This document shows, piece after piece, positions 27,001-34,301 of a stretch of DNA of 35,210 nucleotides (the first letter of the stretch is position 1; each line of letters opens with the position of its first letter). A program made the position numbers and the translations under genes. The DNA is taken from the NCBI GenBank assembly GCA_025450975.1, contig JANWLI010000055.1, positions 1-35,210 on the forward strand. The letters are read 5' to 3'. The notes beneath the pieces are model-generated. The model did no database searches and had not been told where the DNA came from. It worked only from the letters and a program-made list of their open reading frames with translations. This stretch comes from Candidatus Kapaibacterium sp. (GTDB taxonomy: Bacteria > Bacteroidota > Ignavibacteria > Palsa-1295).

Positions 27001-27496
27001 AGAGCTTGCCGTGAGCGCGCACCATCGAGAGACCAAAACTCATAGGGTTGAGGCCGGCAGAGATCCACGTTAACCCACCGTCAAAGCTGGTATAGACTCT
27101 GCTGAAGCCGGTGAGAATATGGATGATGTTCGATTGGCTGCCAAAAGCAACCGAGTAGTTTTGTCGATTGCTGATCTGATTCCATGTGAAGCCGCCATTA
27201 ACCGTTTTGAAAACCCGGTCGAATGTGGTCAGCAAGCCATTCATCTTGTCAAAGAAGACGATCTCACATACTTGCTCGCCGGGAAATGCGGCGCGCTGGA
27301 TCCACGTCCTTCCGGAATCGTGTGAGGAAAACAGATCTTCGGCTCCGGCCCAGAGCACGCCATAACTGAAATGCATCGTCCCGCCGAAGGTGTAGGTATT
27401 CTGAATCAGATTTGGGACAGCGTTCGACCACTGGCTTCGTCCGGGGGAAGCGCAAATTGCGAAAAATAACAGGACCCAAATGTAACGCAGTTTCAT
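24068..27496 (-). CDS. 1142-aa secreted multidomain protein: BNR/Asp-box propeller, six 99-aa Cys-containing repeats, cohesin-like module and T9SS sorting domain
   Basis: Leader MKLRYIWVLLFFAICASPGRSQ. Asp-boxes are SHDSGRTW, TVNGGFTW, SFDGGLTW, SNDDGLNW, STDDGVTW and STDQGITW. Residues 329-921 hold six tandem repeats (consensus PPD(T/S)l.YS..ELF.TDT..C.DT..R.i...R.GC..P.i.si.I.GPDSA.Y.l......SI.isF......H.G.iIvEGtNGQRDTI.LfG). Residues ~922-1030 are cohesin-like (VRLPITVRGLV...VELVITYDPQLDYIG). The tail IHPNPADNKVIISS...GAYMLRIET...LHLIRQ is T9SS-sorting-domain-like. Confidence 0.75.
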   Translation of the reverse strand: MKLRYIWVLLFFAICASPGRSQWSNAVPNLIQNTYTFGGTMHFSYGVLWAGAEDLFSSHDSGRTWIQRAAFPGEQVCEIVFFDKMNGLLTTFDRVFKTVNGGFTWNQISNRQNYSVAFGSQSNIIHILTGFSRVYTSFDGGLTWISAGLNPMSFGLSMVRAHGKLYVFGGSFQSPGLSDGWVAVSNDDGLNWVHRSGLVDGDCFSIFADPCTPDVLYLANEDKAVPDNGISEIYKSTDDGVTWQTMFGRTIPYISGSITGTQRTLYAGTLSNTVLRSTDQGITWTQQAGPPSKYDARAIACINDNIVFTLSDQGSVWKTTNAGGSFINTPKTLSYDAQELFRTDTMGCNDTVKRTIHIAKPSCNPPGILKIWILGTDKYRYDTIAYDNDSITIAFASDLNRSHRGFMVIQASDGQLDTIQLFGTSRVQPDTLRYSPQELFKTDTLHCDDTLVRTVVVSRLGCLRPTVKSIKITGPDSARYKLIGASNDTISIAFSTDKLGSHTGFVIIEGSNVQRDTIRLFGNAIVPPDTITYSTRNLFQADTVGCNDTLLRTITLQRLGCVLPGIKSITIGGSDSSNYHLAGYNADSIRISFSSNTERDHQGFIIVEGTNGQRDTILLSGTAVLPPDSISYTPRELFGTDTVDCDDTLYRAIVLKRVGCIPPDISMIKIIGPDSASYQVIGSSGDSIHISFAGTHLRSHEGYLIVEATNGQIDTIDLFGEATFPPGSLEYSTHDLFRTDTIDCSDTVFRSISIKRLGCILPQIDSLHISGPDSASYTLENVTSDSIFVSFTSTRGGEHSGRIVIEGTNGQRDTIELFGAADIPAGTLQYSTTELFRLDTVRCDTIFRSISIARTGCVFPSLDQLRIVGPDSARYRIVRVAPDLIEVAFSTDLSHEHDAILIVEGSNGQRDTIRLLGSSHPLLPLSFESTNVIADTIGGTVRLPITVRGLVTDEMVELVITYDPQLDYIGSFSETGTSLDIPNSQWKGRTKIKGQYTQGNPLLGYAYFNVFVDSVGDRLVTFDSAWVNSFCRYSMPVVGISSITPPAGCGAEIISRFMHLGERPKFTIHPNPADNKVIISSDDDVEAQIQLFDVFGKVVLTRQCTLGKGRPQTLSLEHIASGAYMLRIETMRGTSVLHLIRQ
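24734..26512 (-). repeat. Six tandem ~297-nt coding repeats
   Basis: Protein-level period of 99 aa (repeat boundaries PD/PPD at residues 429, 527, 626, 725 and 824). The copies are diverged, so similarity is visible mainly at protein level. Confidence 0.7.
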
Positions 27497-27652
27497 AGGA
27501 TTGACCGACGAATACGCAACAAATATAAGTCTTCCCCGACAAAAATCCTAACAATCCCGCGACCTAAAAATTGCCCTGAAAAATACGTAACAATTGCCAC
27601 AACCGGAAGTTACTCCGGGTGTTGACCTCTAAAACCCGTCAACCCTACTTGT

Positions 27653-28429
27653 ATGCGCTACATTTTACTCCTTACCCTCCTTCCCCTGGCAGCCACGGCT
27701 CAGCTGAAGATCGACTCGATCCGGATCACGCAGGAATTGATGCCATATAGTGGTACCGACGGCACCGGACTGTCGTCCTGGAGCAGGACGATCATTCCGA
27801 TAAATGACACCGTCGTCTTCGATGAGTCCAATGGGATCATGCATTACTCCACGTCCACATCGATGGGAAGTGTATCCTTCGCGCATGACAGCAATGCGCA
27901 AACGGTTCACTCCTTTACACTTACTACTAGTACCGGCCATCCCGATGATATTCAGGGTTACTCCGGAATGAACTGGGGATTTTTAAAAGACACCATCGTT
28001 CGTGAAGGAAGGGATTTTCGAATTTTCCTCTACAGTGAAGAGCTTAAGCCTGATAATTTCGGCTTTTCCGGAATAGACAAAGTGCGTATCGGCCCTGGTC
28101 AATATACAGAAAGCACCTCCTATAGCACGCTTCCGATAGCAGGTTCATGGGTTGAGGTTACCATCTTCGGATCTGTCCCGCTTGATGTCGCAATCCCAGA
28201 ACGTCCTTTGTTTGCAGTCTATCCGAATCCGGCATCGCAGATCATTATCATTGCTGGGATATTAGAGACCCAGCCGATCAGGATATTCGATCTTACCGGC
28301 CGTGAGTGCGATCTTCCAAGAATAATAGCAGCTGAGAACGAGACAAGCCTTGATATTTCACAGTTGCGAAATGGTATCTACTGGTTGCAGGCCGGAGTAC
28401 AATCGCAGAAACTTGTCGTGGCGAAGTAA
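27653..28429 (+). CDS. Hypothetical secreted protein with a T9SS C-terminal sorting domain
   Basis: Leader MRYILLLTLLPLAATAQ. The tail AVYPNPASQIIIIAG...IRIFDLTGRE...GIYWLQAGVQSQKLVVAK is T9SS-sorting-domain-like. Confidence 0.6.
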   Translation: MRYILLLTLLPLAATAQLKIDSIRITQELMPYSGTDGTGLSSWSRTIIPINDTVVFDESNGIMHYSTSTSMGSVSFAHDSNAQTVHSFTLTTSTGHPDDIQGYSGMNWGFLKDTIVREGRDFRIFLYSEELKPDNFGFSGIDKVRIGPGQYTESTSYSTLPIAGSWVEVTIFGSVPLDVAIPERPLFAVYPNPASQIIIIAGILETQPIRIFDLTGRECDLPRIIAAENETSLDISQLRNGIYWLQAGVQSQKLVVAK

Positions 28430-28432
28430 GAC

Positions 28433-29329
28433 CTACAGCTTCCCGACGTAGATGATCTGGTCCGCTGTCGGTGTTGCTGAGCCACCAGCTTTTTCTATCG
28501 AGATCGCGAATGCATCCGTCTCCGCTGAGGCGAGATCGAAGGTATACATCATCTGGCGCGAGTTTGCGTTCGGGTTGAAGATGCCGATCGGGATCGGCGC
28601 TTCGGATCCTCTGATCTGCCAGAGTTCATAGGTCTTCGTCGAATCGAGTGCGGGCAGGTCGCCACGCATAACAAACACTTTCTTCATCTTCCGGCTAAAA
28701 AGCATCATCTGCTCTTCAGGCTTTGGCGCGCCGGCTTTTGCGAGCGTGATCATCGTCGGCATTTCCTCGCCGAACATAGCAACAAGCGCACGCGAGGCGG
28801 AGTCGCTCTTCATCAGGTCGGCAACCATCACACCGAGCGAGTCGCGCTGATGTGATGCCTTGCGGACTTCCATGGCCGATAGATCGTACTGCCAGCTTCG
28901 CGACACATAGAGCGAAGTCATCGTCACCAGAAGCACTGCTAAGATCGAAGAGATAATAACGGTCTGCCGGGTACGTTTCTTGAGACGTTTCTCGAGATCA
29001 GTGACGCGCGGGATAGGCGCCGTATCGCCGGCGTAACGGGCAGCGTAGAAATTGCCAAGGTCGCCAGTTTCGATGGCATTAATGCGTTCGAAGAGTTCGA
29101 CCTTCGCTTTTTCCGGAGCATCGACCTGCGGAGCGGCTTCGGCAAGCACCGTTGCCGAGGTCAGCATTGACTCCAGCGTTTCAGAAAAGAACGTATCGCC
29201 GGAAGCAAGCAGCGTTTCGAATTCGCTCCACCCCGGATCTCCTTCTGTGAGCGATCCGAGCGCGTACGCCGCACAGAGCTCTTCGATGCGCTCGCGTTCT
29301 TGCTGGCTATATGTCCGTTCGTCGGTCAC
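28433..29329 (-). CDS. Anti-sigma factor (RskA-like C-terminal domain)
   Basis: The N-terminal ELCAAYALGSL motif is typical of zinc-finger-type anti-sigma domains. It has one central transmembrane segment (VIISSILAVLLVTMTSLYV). The C-terminus YELWQIRGSEAPIPIGIFNP......AFAISIEKAGGSATPTADQIIYVG is RskA-like. It starts 1 nt after the sigma gene stop. Confidence 0.7.
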   Translation of the reverse strand: MTDERTYSQQERERIEELCAAYALGSLTEGDPGWSEFETLLASGDTFFSETLESMLTSATVLAEAAPQVDAPEKAKVELFERINAIETGDLGNFYAARYAGDTAPIPRVTDLEKRLKKRTRQTVIISSILAVLLVTMTSLYVSRSWQYDLSAMEVRKASHQRDSLGVMVADLMKSDSASRALVAMFGEEMPTMITLAKAGAPKPEEQMMLFSRKMKKVFVMRGDLPALDSTKTYELWQIRGSEAPIPIGIFNPNANSRQMMYTFDLASAETDAFAISIEKAGGSATPTADQIIYVGKL

Positions 29330-29330
29330 G

Positions 29331-29987
29331 TTAGATCAAGTCTCCTAAAATTTCTTTGAGCTTCAACATTCCCTGCCGCATGCGCGTCTTGATCGTCCCC
29401 AGTGGAACATCAAGACGTTCGGCGATCTCGGATTGCGAGAGGCCTTCGTAGTATGCAAGTATCAGTGCCTGGCGCTGGGCTTCCGGGATCTGGCGAAGCG
29501 CTTCGAGCACTTGCGTGCGCGCATCGTCTGCGATCTGTTCCGAAAGCGGGGTGCGCGTATCGGTTGCTGCGTCGCCTGCCCACTTTACGATGTCGTCGGC
29601 ATCGCCACGATTTTCGAGCGCTCGCTTCTTATATGCTTTCGAGCGCAGCGTGTTGATGGCCTTATTATGTGCAAGGGTCAGCAACCATGTATTGAAGTTG
29701 CCGCGATCCTGATCGAAAAGATCGGCCTTCTGCCATACCTGCACAAATACGTCCTGCAGCAATTCCGAGGCTTCGTCTTCATCGCGCACGATCCGGAGCA
29801 CAAGCGAGTACACGACGCGTTGATATTTTGCATACAACGTTTCGAGTGCTTTCTGGTCCTTTTGTGATACTTGCGCGAGCAATGCAAGGTCTTCGGAATT
29901 GGACGCCTCATTGGGTATACGTACGCGCGAACCCGTTCGGATTGCTCCGTTGGTCGGAATCGGGGTATTTGTAGCGCGTTCGTCCAA
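29331..29987 (-). CDS. ECF-type RNA polymerase sigma-70 factor
   Basis: Region 2 reads LYAKYQRVVYSLVLRIVRDEDEASELLQDVFVQVWQKADLFD...NFNTWLLTLAHNKAINTLRS. Region 4 reads QRQALILAYYEGLSQSEIAERLDVPLGTIKTRMRQGMLKLK. The ~45-aa N-terminal extension is of uncertain reality. Confidence 0.85.
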   Translation of the reverse strand: MDERATNTPIPTNGAIRTGSRVRIPNEASNSEDLALLAQVSQKDQKALETLYAKYQRVVYSLVLRIVRDEDEASELLQDVFVQVWQKADLFDQDRGNFNTWLLTLAHNKAINTLRSKAYKKRALENRGDADDIVKWAGDAATDTRTPLSEQIADDARTQVLEALRQIPEAQRQALILAYYEGLSQSEIAERLDVPLGTIKTRMRQGMLKLKEILGDLI

Positions 29988-30188
29988 AAAAATCTTCCTT
30001 CGTAAGGTAAGAGCTGCAAATATACGGGCTCAGCAGACATGCCTCTCGGGGGTCATGAAAGACAAATTTTCAGGCAAAATGTGGATTTTTAGCCGTTAAA
30101 CGGCCAAAAACGTAAAAAATCCCGAAATCGGGTAAAAAAAGTGATATTTTTGAGAATCCACAAACGCGATTTCGTGTTAGTGACGCAT

Positions 30189-30656
30189 ATGACAGAATCT
30201 GTGACTGAATCTAAGACCGAACCGATGACTGAAACAGCTACTTTTACTCCAACCGAACATATTGTTCGACCGGCGACTATTCGCCGCGAAACGCAAGGGC
30301 AGCGCATGCGCCGCCTGCGCGATGAAAAAGGCTTACGTCAGGGCTATATTGCCGACCGCTCGGGCATTACCCAGGCCCACCTCTCGCGCATCGAGAACGA
30401 CGAATCAGGCGTAACCAAGAACACGCTCCGCAAGATCGCAGAAGCGATGGGCGTTTCCTACGAAGATCTCTACGTCCCCCGTGACGGCAAAGAGCCCGAA
30501 GGACCGCGCGTTGTCGATATTGACGACGTTCTCGAAAGCGATGCACTGATGATCCGTTTTATGGGCGCAGAACGCACCGATCCGGCAACACTCGAATGGG
30601 TACGCCGCTCGCTTGCAGTGCTCCGTAACGAGATCCGCAGACGCCGCGATTATTAA
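30189..30656 (+). CDS. XRE-family helix-turn-helix transcriptional regulator
   Basis: RMRRLRDEKGLRQGYIADRSGITQAHLSRIENDESGVTKNTLRKIAEAMGVSYEDLY is a classical HTH_3 domain. Track ORF begins at GTG 30141, and I prefer ATG 30189 (MTESVTESK...). The ~60-aa C-terminal extension is unassigned. Confidence 0.8.
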   Translation: MTESVTESKTEPMTETATFTPTEHIVRPATIRRETQGQRMRRLRDEKGLRQGYIADRSGITQAHLSRIENDESGVTKNTLRKIAEAMGVSYEDLYVPRDGKEPEGPRVVDIDDVLESDALMIRFMGAERTDPATLEWVRRSLAVLRNEIRRRRDY

Positions 30657-30675
30657 GCAAATTTAGTTACTTTTT

Positions 30676-30709
30676 AAGGCCGAGGTCCATTTGGATTTCG
30701 GCCTTTTTT
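30676..30709 (+). terminator. Rho-independent terminator
   Basis: aaggccga ... tcggcctt stem (8 bp) followed by ttttttg, 20 nt after the XRE stop. Confidence 0.7.
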
Positions 30710-30800
30710 GTATTAGTTTTGCGACTGAGCATTCCCCATCACAGAAGATATTAGGGATACTCCACTCTTTGAAACGGACCTTATCAGCGAGGGAGGAAAT

Positions 30801-31094
30801 ATGAGAACGGAAGACCTTTCACAGCGCGCAAAAGATATTCTCGTCGAGGCATCCCGATCGGATGACGGCATGGTATACATGACCAACTTTCTCGGCAACT
30901 CGTTTGTCGCGGCAAATCATCGCAGCTTCGGCGACGGCACATCAATTTCGAACACAGAGAATACATCGGCGATCGACGAACTCTTATCGTACGGCTTCGT
31001 CACGCACGAAACCGAAAGCAGCTCGCGCCGCGGGTATAAACTCGCTGCCGGCGGTTACGTCGCTGCGCAGGAGTTGACCGAAGCCGTTCATTAA
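30801..31094 (+). CDS. Hypothetical small protein (possible winged-helix-like C-terminus)
   Basis: 97 aa, preceded by ggaggaaat, one of the few clear Shine-Dalgarno-like sites in the window. AIDELLSYGFVTHE...RRGYKLAAGGYVAAQEL resembles the recognition-helix/wing pattern also seen in the 32589 and 33022 proteins. Confidence 0.5.
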   Translation: MRTEDLSQRAKDILVEASRSDDGMVYMTNFLGNSFVAANHRSFGDGTSISNTENTSAIDELLSYGFVTHETESSSRRGYKLAAGGYVAAQELTEAVH

Positions 31095-31186
31095 ATCTAC
31101 ATTGTACTCGCACGCACGAACTGAAATTCGGATTCTAATTTATTTGTTGAACTACTCTTCTCCCGTTTCCCTTTTTCCATTCTCGA

Positions 31187-31214
31187 TTTTTACTTTTAAC
31201 TTTTTACTTTTTAC
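31187..31214. repeat. Tandem heptamer array (TTTTWAC x4)
   Basis: tttttac ttttaac tttttac tttttac, ending 6 nt upstream of the rnhB GTG start. Confidence 0.8.
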
Positions 31215-31220
31215 TTTCCC

Positions 31221-31925
31221 GTGCTTTCCTGGAAGAACGAGCGGCGCCTCTACAAAGACGGGCTCCGCCTTATTTGTGGCGTCGATGAAGCCGGGCGCGG
31301 ACCGCTCGCAGGTCCGGTCGTCGCAGCTGCCGTCGTGCTTCCGATCGGACCTCCGCTTCCGCGGGATTGCTACTGCCTTAACGACTCCAAGAAACTCCAG
31401 CCGGATGTCCGCGAAGAACTCTTCGACAAAGTAAAGTCTGTCGCGCTTGCCTATGGCATCGGCATCGTTACGCACGAGGAGATCGATAAGATCAACATCC
31501 TGCAGGCGACGATGCGGGCGATGACGGCGGCCGTCCGCGAAGTCGAGCAGAAGCTGCAGCCCGAAATGCTCGTTATTGACGGCAATTATTTCCGGACCGA
31601 GCTTCGGTACCCGTTCGAATGTATCGTCGATGGCGATGCGATCTCGCCGAGTATTGCCGCTGCGTCGATCTTAGCAAAAGTTACGCGTGACAGGATCATG
31701 CGCGAATTCGATAGTGTGTATCCGCAATACGGCTTCGCTCGGCATAAGGGGTACGCAACGAGGGAGCATCGGAAGATGATACATGAGTTCGGTTTTTCAC
31801 CGATCCATCGTCTCACCTTCGGTGTAGACGATCCGAATCAAGGGGAGCTCTTCGAAGAAGAGGCCGTGACCTCTAGCACTCTTCTTCGCAGCTCACCTTC
31901 TTTAATTCTGTCCATGGATGAATAA
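31221..31925 (+). CDS. rnhB: Ribonuclease HII
   Basis: 234 aa with a GTG start. ICGVDEAGRGPLAGPVVAAAVVL, DSKKL, ASI.AKV.RD..M and YGF..HKGY.T..H are canonical RNase HII blocks. It has a ~25-aa C-terminal extension. Confidence 0.9.
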   Translation: MLSWKNERRLYKDGLRLICGVDEAGRGPLAGPVVAAAVVLPIGPPLPRDCYCLNDSKKLQPDVREELFDKVKSVALAYGIGIVTHEEIDKINILQATMRAMTAAVREVEQKLQPEMLVIDGNYFRTELRYPFECIVDGDAISPSIAAASILAKVTRDRIMREFDSVYPQYGFARHKGYATREHRKMIHEFGFSPIHRLTFGVDDPNQGELFEEEAVTSSTLLRSSPSLILSMDE

Positions 31926-32253
31926 GCAGATCGAATAGTCTGCCCTGTTTGCCTGTTGTGCAATCCACAACCATGGTAAGATGAAATGCTTCAGGTATGA
32001 CGCCGTCGACCATGAATGTCACGCCCGATCCGTCTTCGTATGTTAGGGAGTAACATGTATTTGGTTTAAATGGCATGGCGTATAATTTGGCAAACAGTAT
32101 GCCAAAAAATCGCGCTTTACAATCCGCATTTCCATCTTCGATCGCACTTTGCGGATTTCTCGGTTTTCCAAAATGTTAGAGTCCCTCATTTCGTCGACAT
32201 GAATATCCTACTGATGTGATGGTGGAACATCGTAGAAAGCAAATGCTAGCACA

Positions 32254-32280
32254 AATAAAAAAGGAGCGCTGAGCGCTCCT
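32254..32280 (-). terminator. Orphan rho-independent terminator on the minus strand
   Basis: On the minus strand: aggagcgc tca gcgctcct (8-bp stem) followed by ttttttatt. No convincing protein gene lies upstream of it. Confidence 0.6.
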
Positions 32281-32588
32281 GTGATAGGTAGAGAAAAAAA
32301 ATGAAGATCAGGAAATCCTAAGACAGTCCTCCCCATAAAACTGGCTCCGGATCTCAACCGATCTTCGAGTGCAAACTTACTGCGGCCAGACATCTGTACT
32401 TTTACATTATTATCAGATTGCTTTGTAATATTTTCCGATGTTCGATTTTTTCCGATTTAGGGATTTCTTTATTCTTTTAGAGCATTTTACCACCTGACTT
32501 TTTAGCATCCGACGCATACATCTCCCCTAAGAGATTTTCTACTGCCGTTTCGATAAATTGGAAGAGGCGGAAAACGTATGACTTACCC

Positions 32589-32909
32589 ATGGAAAAAATT
32601 GAAGAGATCATTATTGTAGGATTATACAGGCACGGAAAAAAGAAAACATTTGCGGAGATCCTGCTCGAAGAGGGTAATACGCAGGTCGATAAAACCAAAC
32701 GCATGGACCTTGCCGGCGAACTTGAGGCCAAAGGCTATATTCAGGATGTGACCTATCAGCTTCCGTTTGCGATCCGCGCGCGCCTTACGCCCAGCGGCGA
32801 AGCGTTTGCCCGCTCCCTTGGGGCCGGCCGCAGTGAAGAGCAAAGCCGCGGAAGCGTAGGCCTCCAGAGTTTGATGATATTTTTACAACTAAATCTGGCA
32901 ATCGTATAA
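32589..32909 (+). CDS. Hypothetical small protein, paralog of 33022..33354
   Basis: 106 aa. IIIVGLYRHGKKKTFAEILLEEG....D.TKRMDLAGELEAKGYIQDVTYQLPFAIRARLTPSGEAFARSL aligns colinearly with the next ORF. Confidence 0.55.
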   Translation: MEKIEEIIIVGLYRHGKKKTFAEILLEEGNTQVDKTKRMDLAGELEAKGYIQDVTYQLPFAIRARLTPSGEAFARSLGAGRSEEQSRGSVGLQSLMIFLQLNLAIV

Positions 32910-33021
32910 GAGGATAACCTGCGGACCGAGTTAACTTTGCCCCCGACTCTCTTACGCACACAATAGAAGATCCCGGCTCTCGCGAGATCGCCCACCCGGC
33001 TACGGCTCCCTCCCGATAGTT

Positions 33022-33354
33022 ATGAAAACGAGAACGCAAGGAATTATCCCTTATATTGCACCAGATAGTATAGAAGCAATTATTCTTATGGGACTACGCA
33101 CCTACGGCAGAAAGAAGACCTTCGCCGAGATCCTCGACGAAGCAGGCATTGCTAACGACGATACCAGGCGCCTCGAAGCGGCGACGTCGCTCGAAGCTTC
33201 CGGACTGATCGAAGAAGTATCGTATCAGCTGCCGGTAACGATCCGCGCAAACCTCACCTCGGCCGGATGGGATGCCGTCAACCAACTGCAAAAAGATAAT
33301 CCGCCGCCCAAGTTCTCCATCCGCAACTGGGGAGCAAGGTGGGGATTGTTCTAA
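33022..33354 (+). CDS. Hypothetical small protein, paralog of 32589..32909
   Basis: 110 aa. AIILMGLRTYGRKKTFAEILDEAG...DDTRRLEAATSLEASGLIEEVSYQLPVTIRANLTSAGWDAVNQL. A terminator follows. Confidence 0.55.
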   Translation: MKTRTQGIIPYIAPDSIEAIILMGLRTYGRKKTFAEILDEAGIANDDTRRLEAATSLEASGLIEEVSYQLPVTIRANLTSAGWDAVNQLQKDNPPPKFSIRNWGARWGLF

Positions 33355-33386
33355 GAGTTATCTCGCAACCAGAATTTTCCCTATAG

Positions 33387-33415
33387 AGACGCGACCCACG
33401 GCGCGTCTTTTTTTT
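33387..33415 (+). terminator. Rho-independent terminator
   Basis: agacgcg acccacgg cgcgtct (7-bp stem) followed by tttttttt. Confidence 0.75.
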
Positions 33416-33459
33416 ATCAATCCGTATATTCGTACAGCACTGCACTCATGTAGAACATT

Positions 33460-33999
33460 ATGAAGCCGCTCGTTCTTGGATTGATCTTGCTATTGATTAG
33501 CTGTTTTCCGAGGTCTACTTTCTCACAAGCGAGAGATACAACTACGCGCCCAGATGGCAAAGTTACTCTCGAAGAATTTAGGGAAGCCCTCTCCGACGAC
33601 TCACGCATTATCTACATAAGAACGATAACAGACTCTTTGACCGAGTGTGTTATTAGTTATAGTAATTCAAAATTTTATTTAGAAGATTCCTCATCAATCG
33701 GGCGCAACATTGCCAAGACCATCACTGAGCACTGGACGTACGCAAATCGAGGAGCGATGTACGGTGCGATCGGAGGCGTTTTGATCGGAGGGATTATCTC
33801 TGCTATTATCTTAATGCGCGATAATGAAGAGGGCTCTTCTTCTGGAGGCGACACTTCTAATTCACAAGGTTTTCTCGGGCCAGCTTTCCTTATTGGAGGC
33901 AGCGTTTCACTTGCACTGCCTGGGCTCATCATTGGAGCAATAATCGGCAGCAAATTTGAGCGGGGATATCATTTCCCGGTTAATGCACTTGAAGAATAG
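33460..33999 (+). CDS. Hypothetical lipoprotein/membrane protein with glycine-zipper segments
   Basis: 179 aa. MKPLVLGLILLLISC has a lipobox-like L-I-S-C. There are two Gly-rich hydrophobic segments (GAMYGAIGGVLIGGIISAIILM and GPAFLIGGSVSLALPGLIIGAIIGS). AT-rich gene. Confidence 0.5.
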   Translation: MKPLVLGLILLLISCFPRSTFSQARDTTTRPDGKVTLEEFREALSDDSRIIYIRTITDSLTECVISYSNSKFYLEDSSSIGRNIAKTITEHWTYANRGAMYGAIGGVLIGGIISAIILMRDNEEGSSSGGDTSNSQGFLGPAFLIGGSVSLALPGLIIGAIIGSKFERGYHFPVNALEE

Positions 34000-34012
34000 C
34001 TAACAGTTGGGG

Positions 34013-34033
34013 TGTGGATAACTCTGTGGATAA
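34013..34033. promoter_or_regulatory. Two perfect consensus DnaA boxes in direct orientation
   Basis: TGTGGATAA at 34013-34021 and again at 34025-34033 (reverse complement of TTATCCACA), in an AT-rich 300-bp intergenic region upstream of the portal gene. Confidence 0.6.
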
Positions 34034-34301
34034 ATTGTTAACAGAAAGTTAACCGGGCACCTTGCAAATGCCTCGACTTTTTATTATATTTGTAGTGTAA
34101 GGTTTGATGTATCTATAAAAATGCTGGATTTATGGCATTATAGGGACATCTGTATACATACGCTGAATCTGGGAGGATTCTCGACAAAACGGGCAGTTTC
34201 TTATCAATTATAGCATCTAGAGGCCTCGCCGTCCTGGCAGGCTAACGGCAATTCCGTCCACATCCGGTTGCCACTCGTCTCAACAGTTAAGGTAACACAC
34301 C

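Noticed and set aside
30080-30162. 8-bp inverted repeat TGTGGATT / AATCCACA (DnaA-box-like, 7 of 9 matches) flanking two small hairpins between the ECF sigma and XRE genes
   Set aside because: It is too short and too widely spaced (67 nt) to distinguish from chance. It may be an operator, but I cannot support that from sequence alone.
31873-32076. 67-aa minus-strand ORF overlapping the rnhB 3' end by 53 nt
   Set aside because: No recognisable motifs and no ribosome-binding site, and it overlaps a confident gene. It could be a real small gene but is unsupported.
33950-34301. Chromosomal oriC or a prophage attachment site with tRNA
   Set aside because: Only two DnaA boxes are present, with no dnaA or dnaN. 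I saw no tRNA-like sequence (no T-loop GGTTCGA-type motif in a cloverleaf context). The only direct repeat is a 7-nt aacagtt (34002, 34282), which is too short to call.
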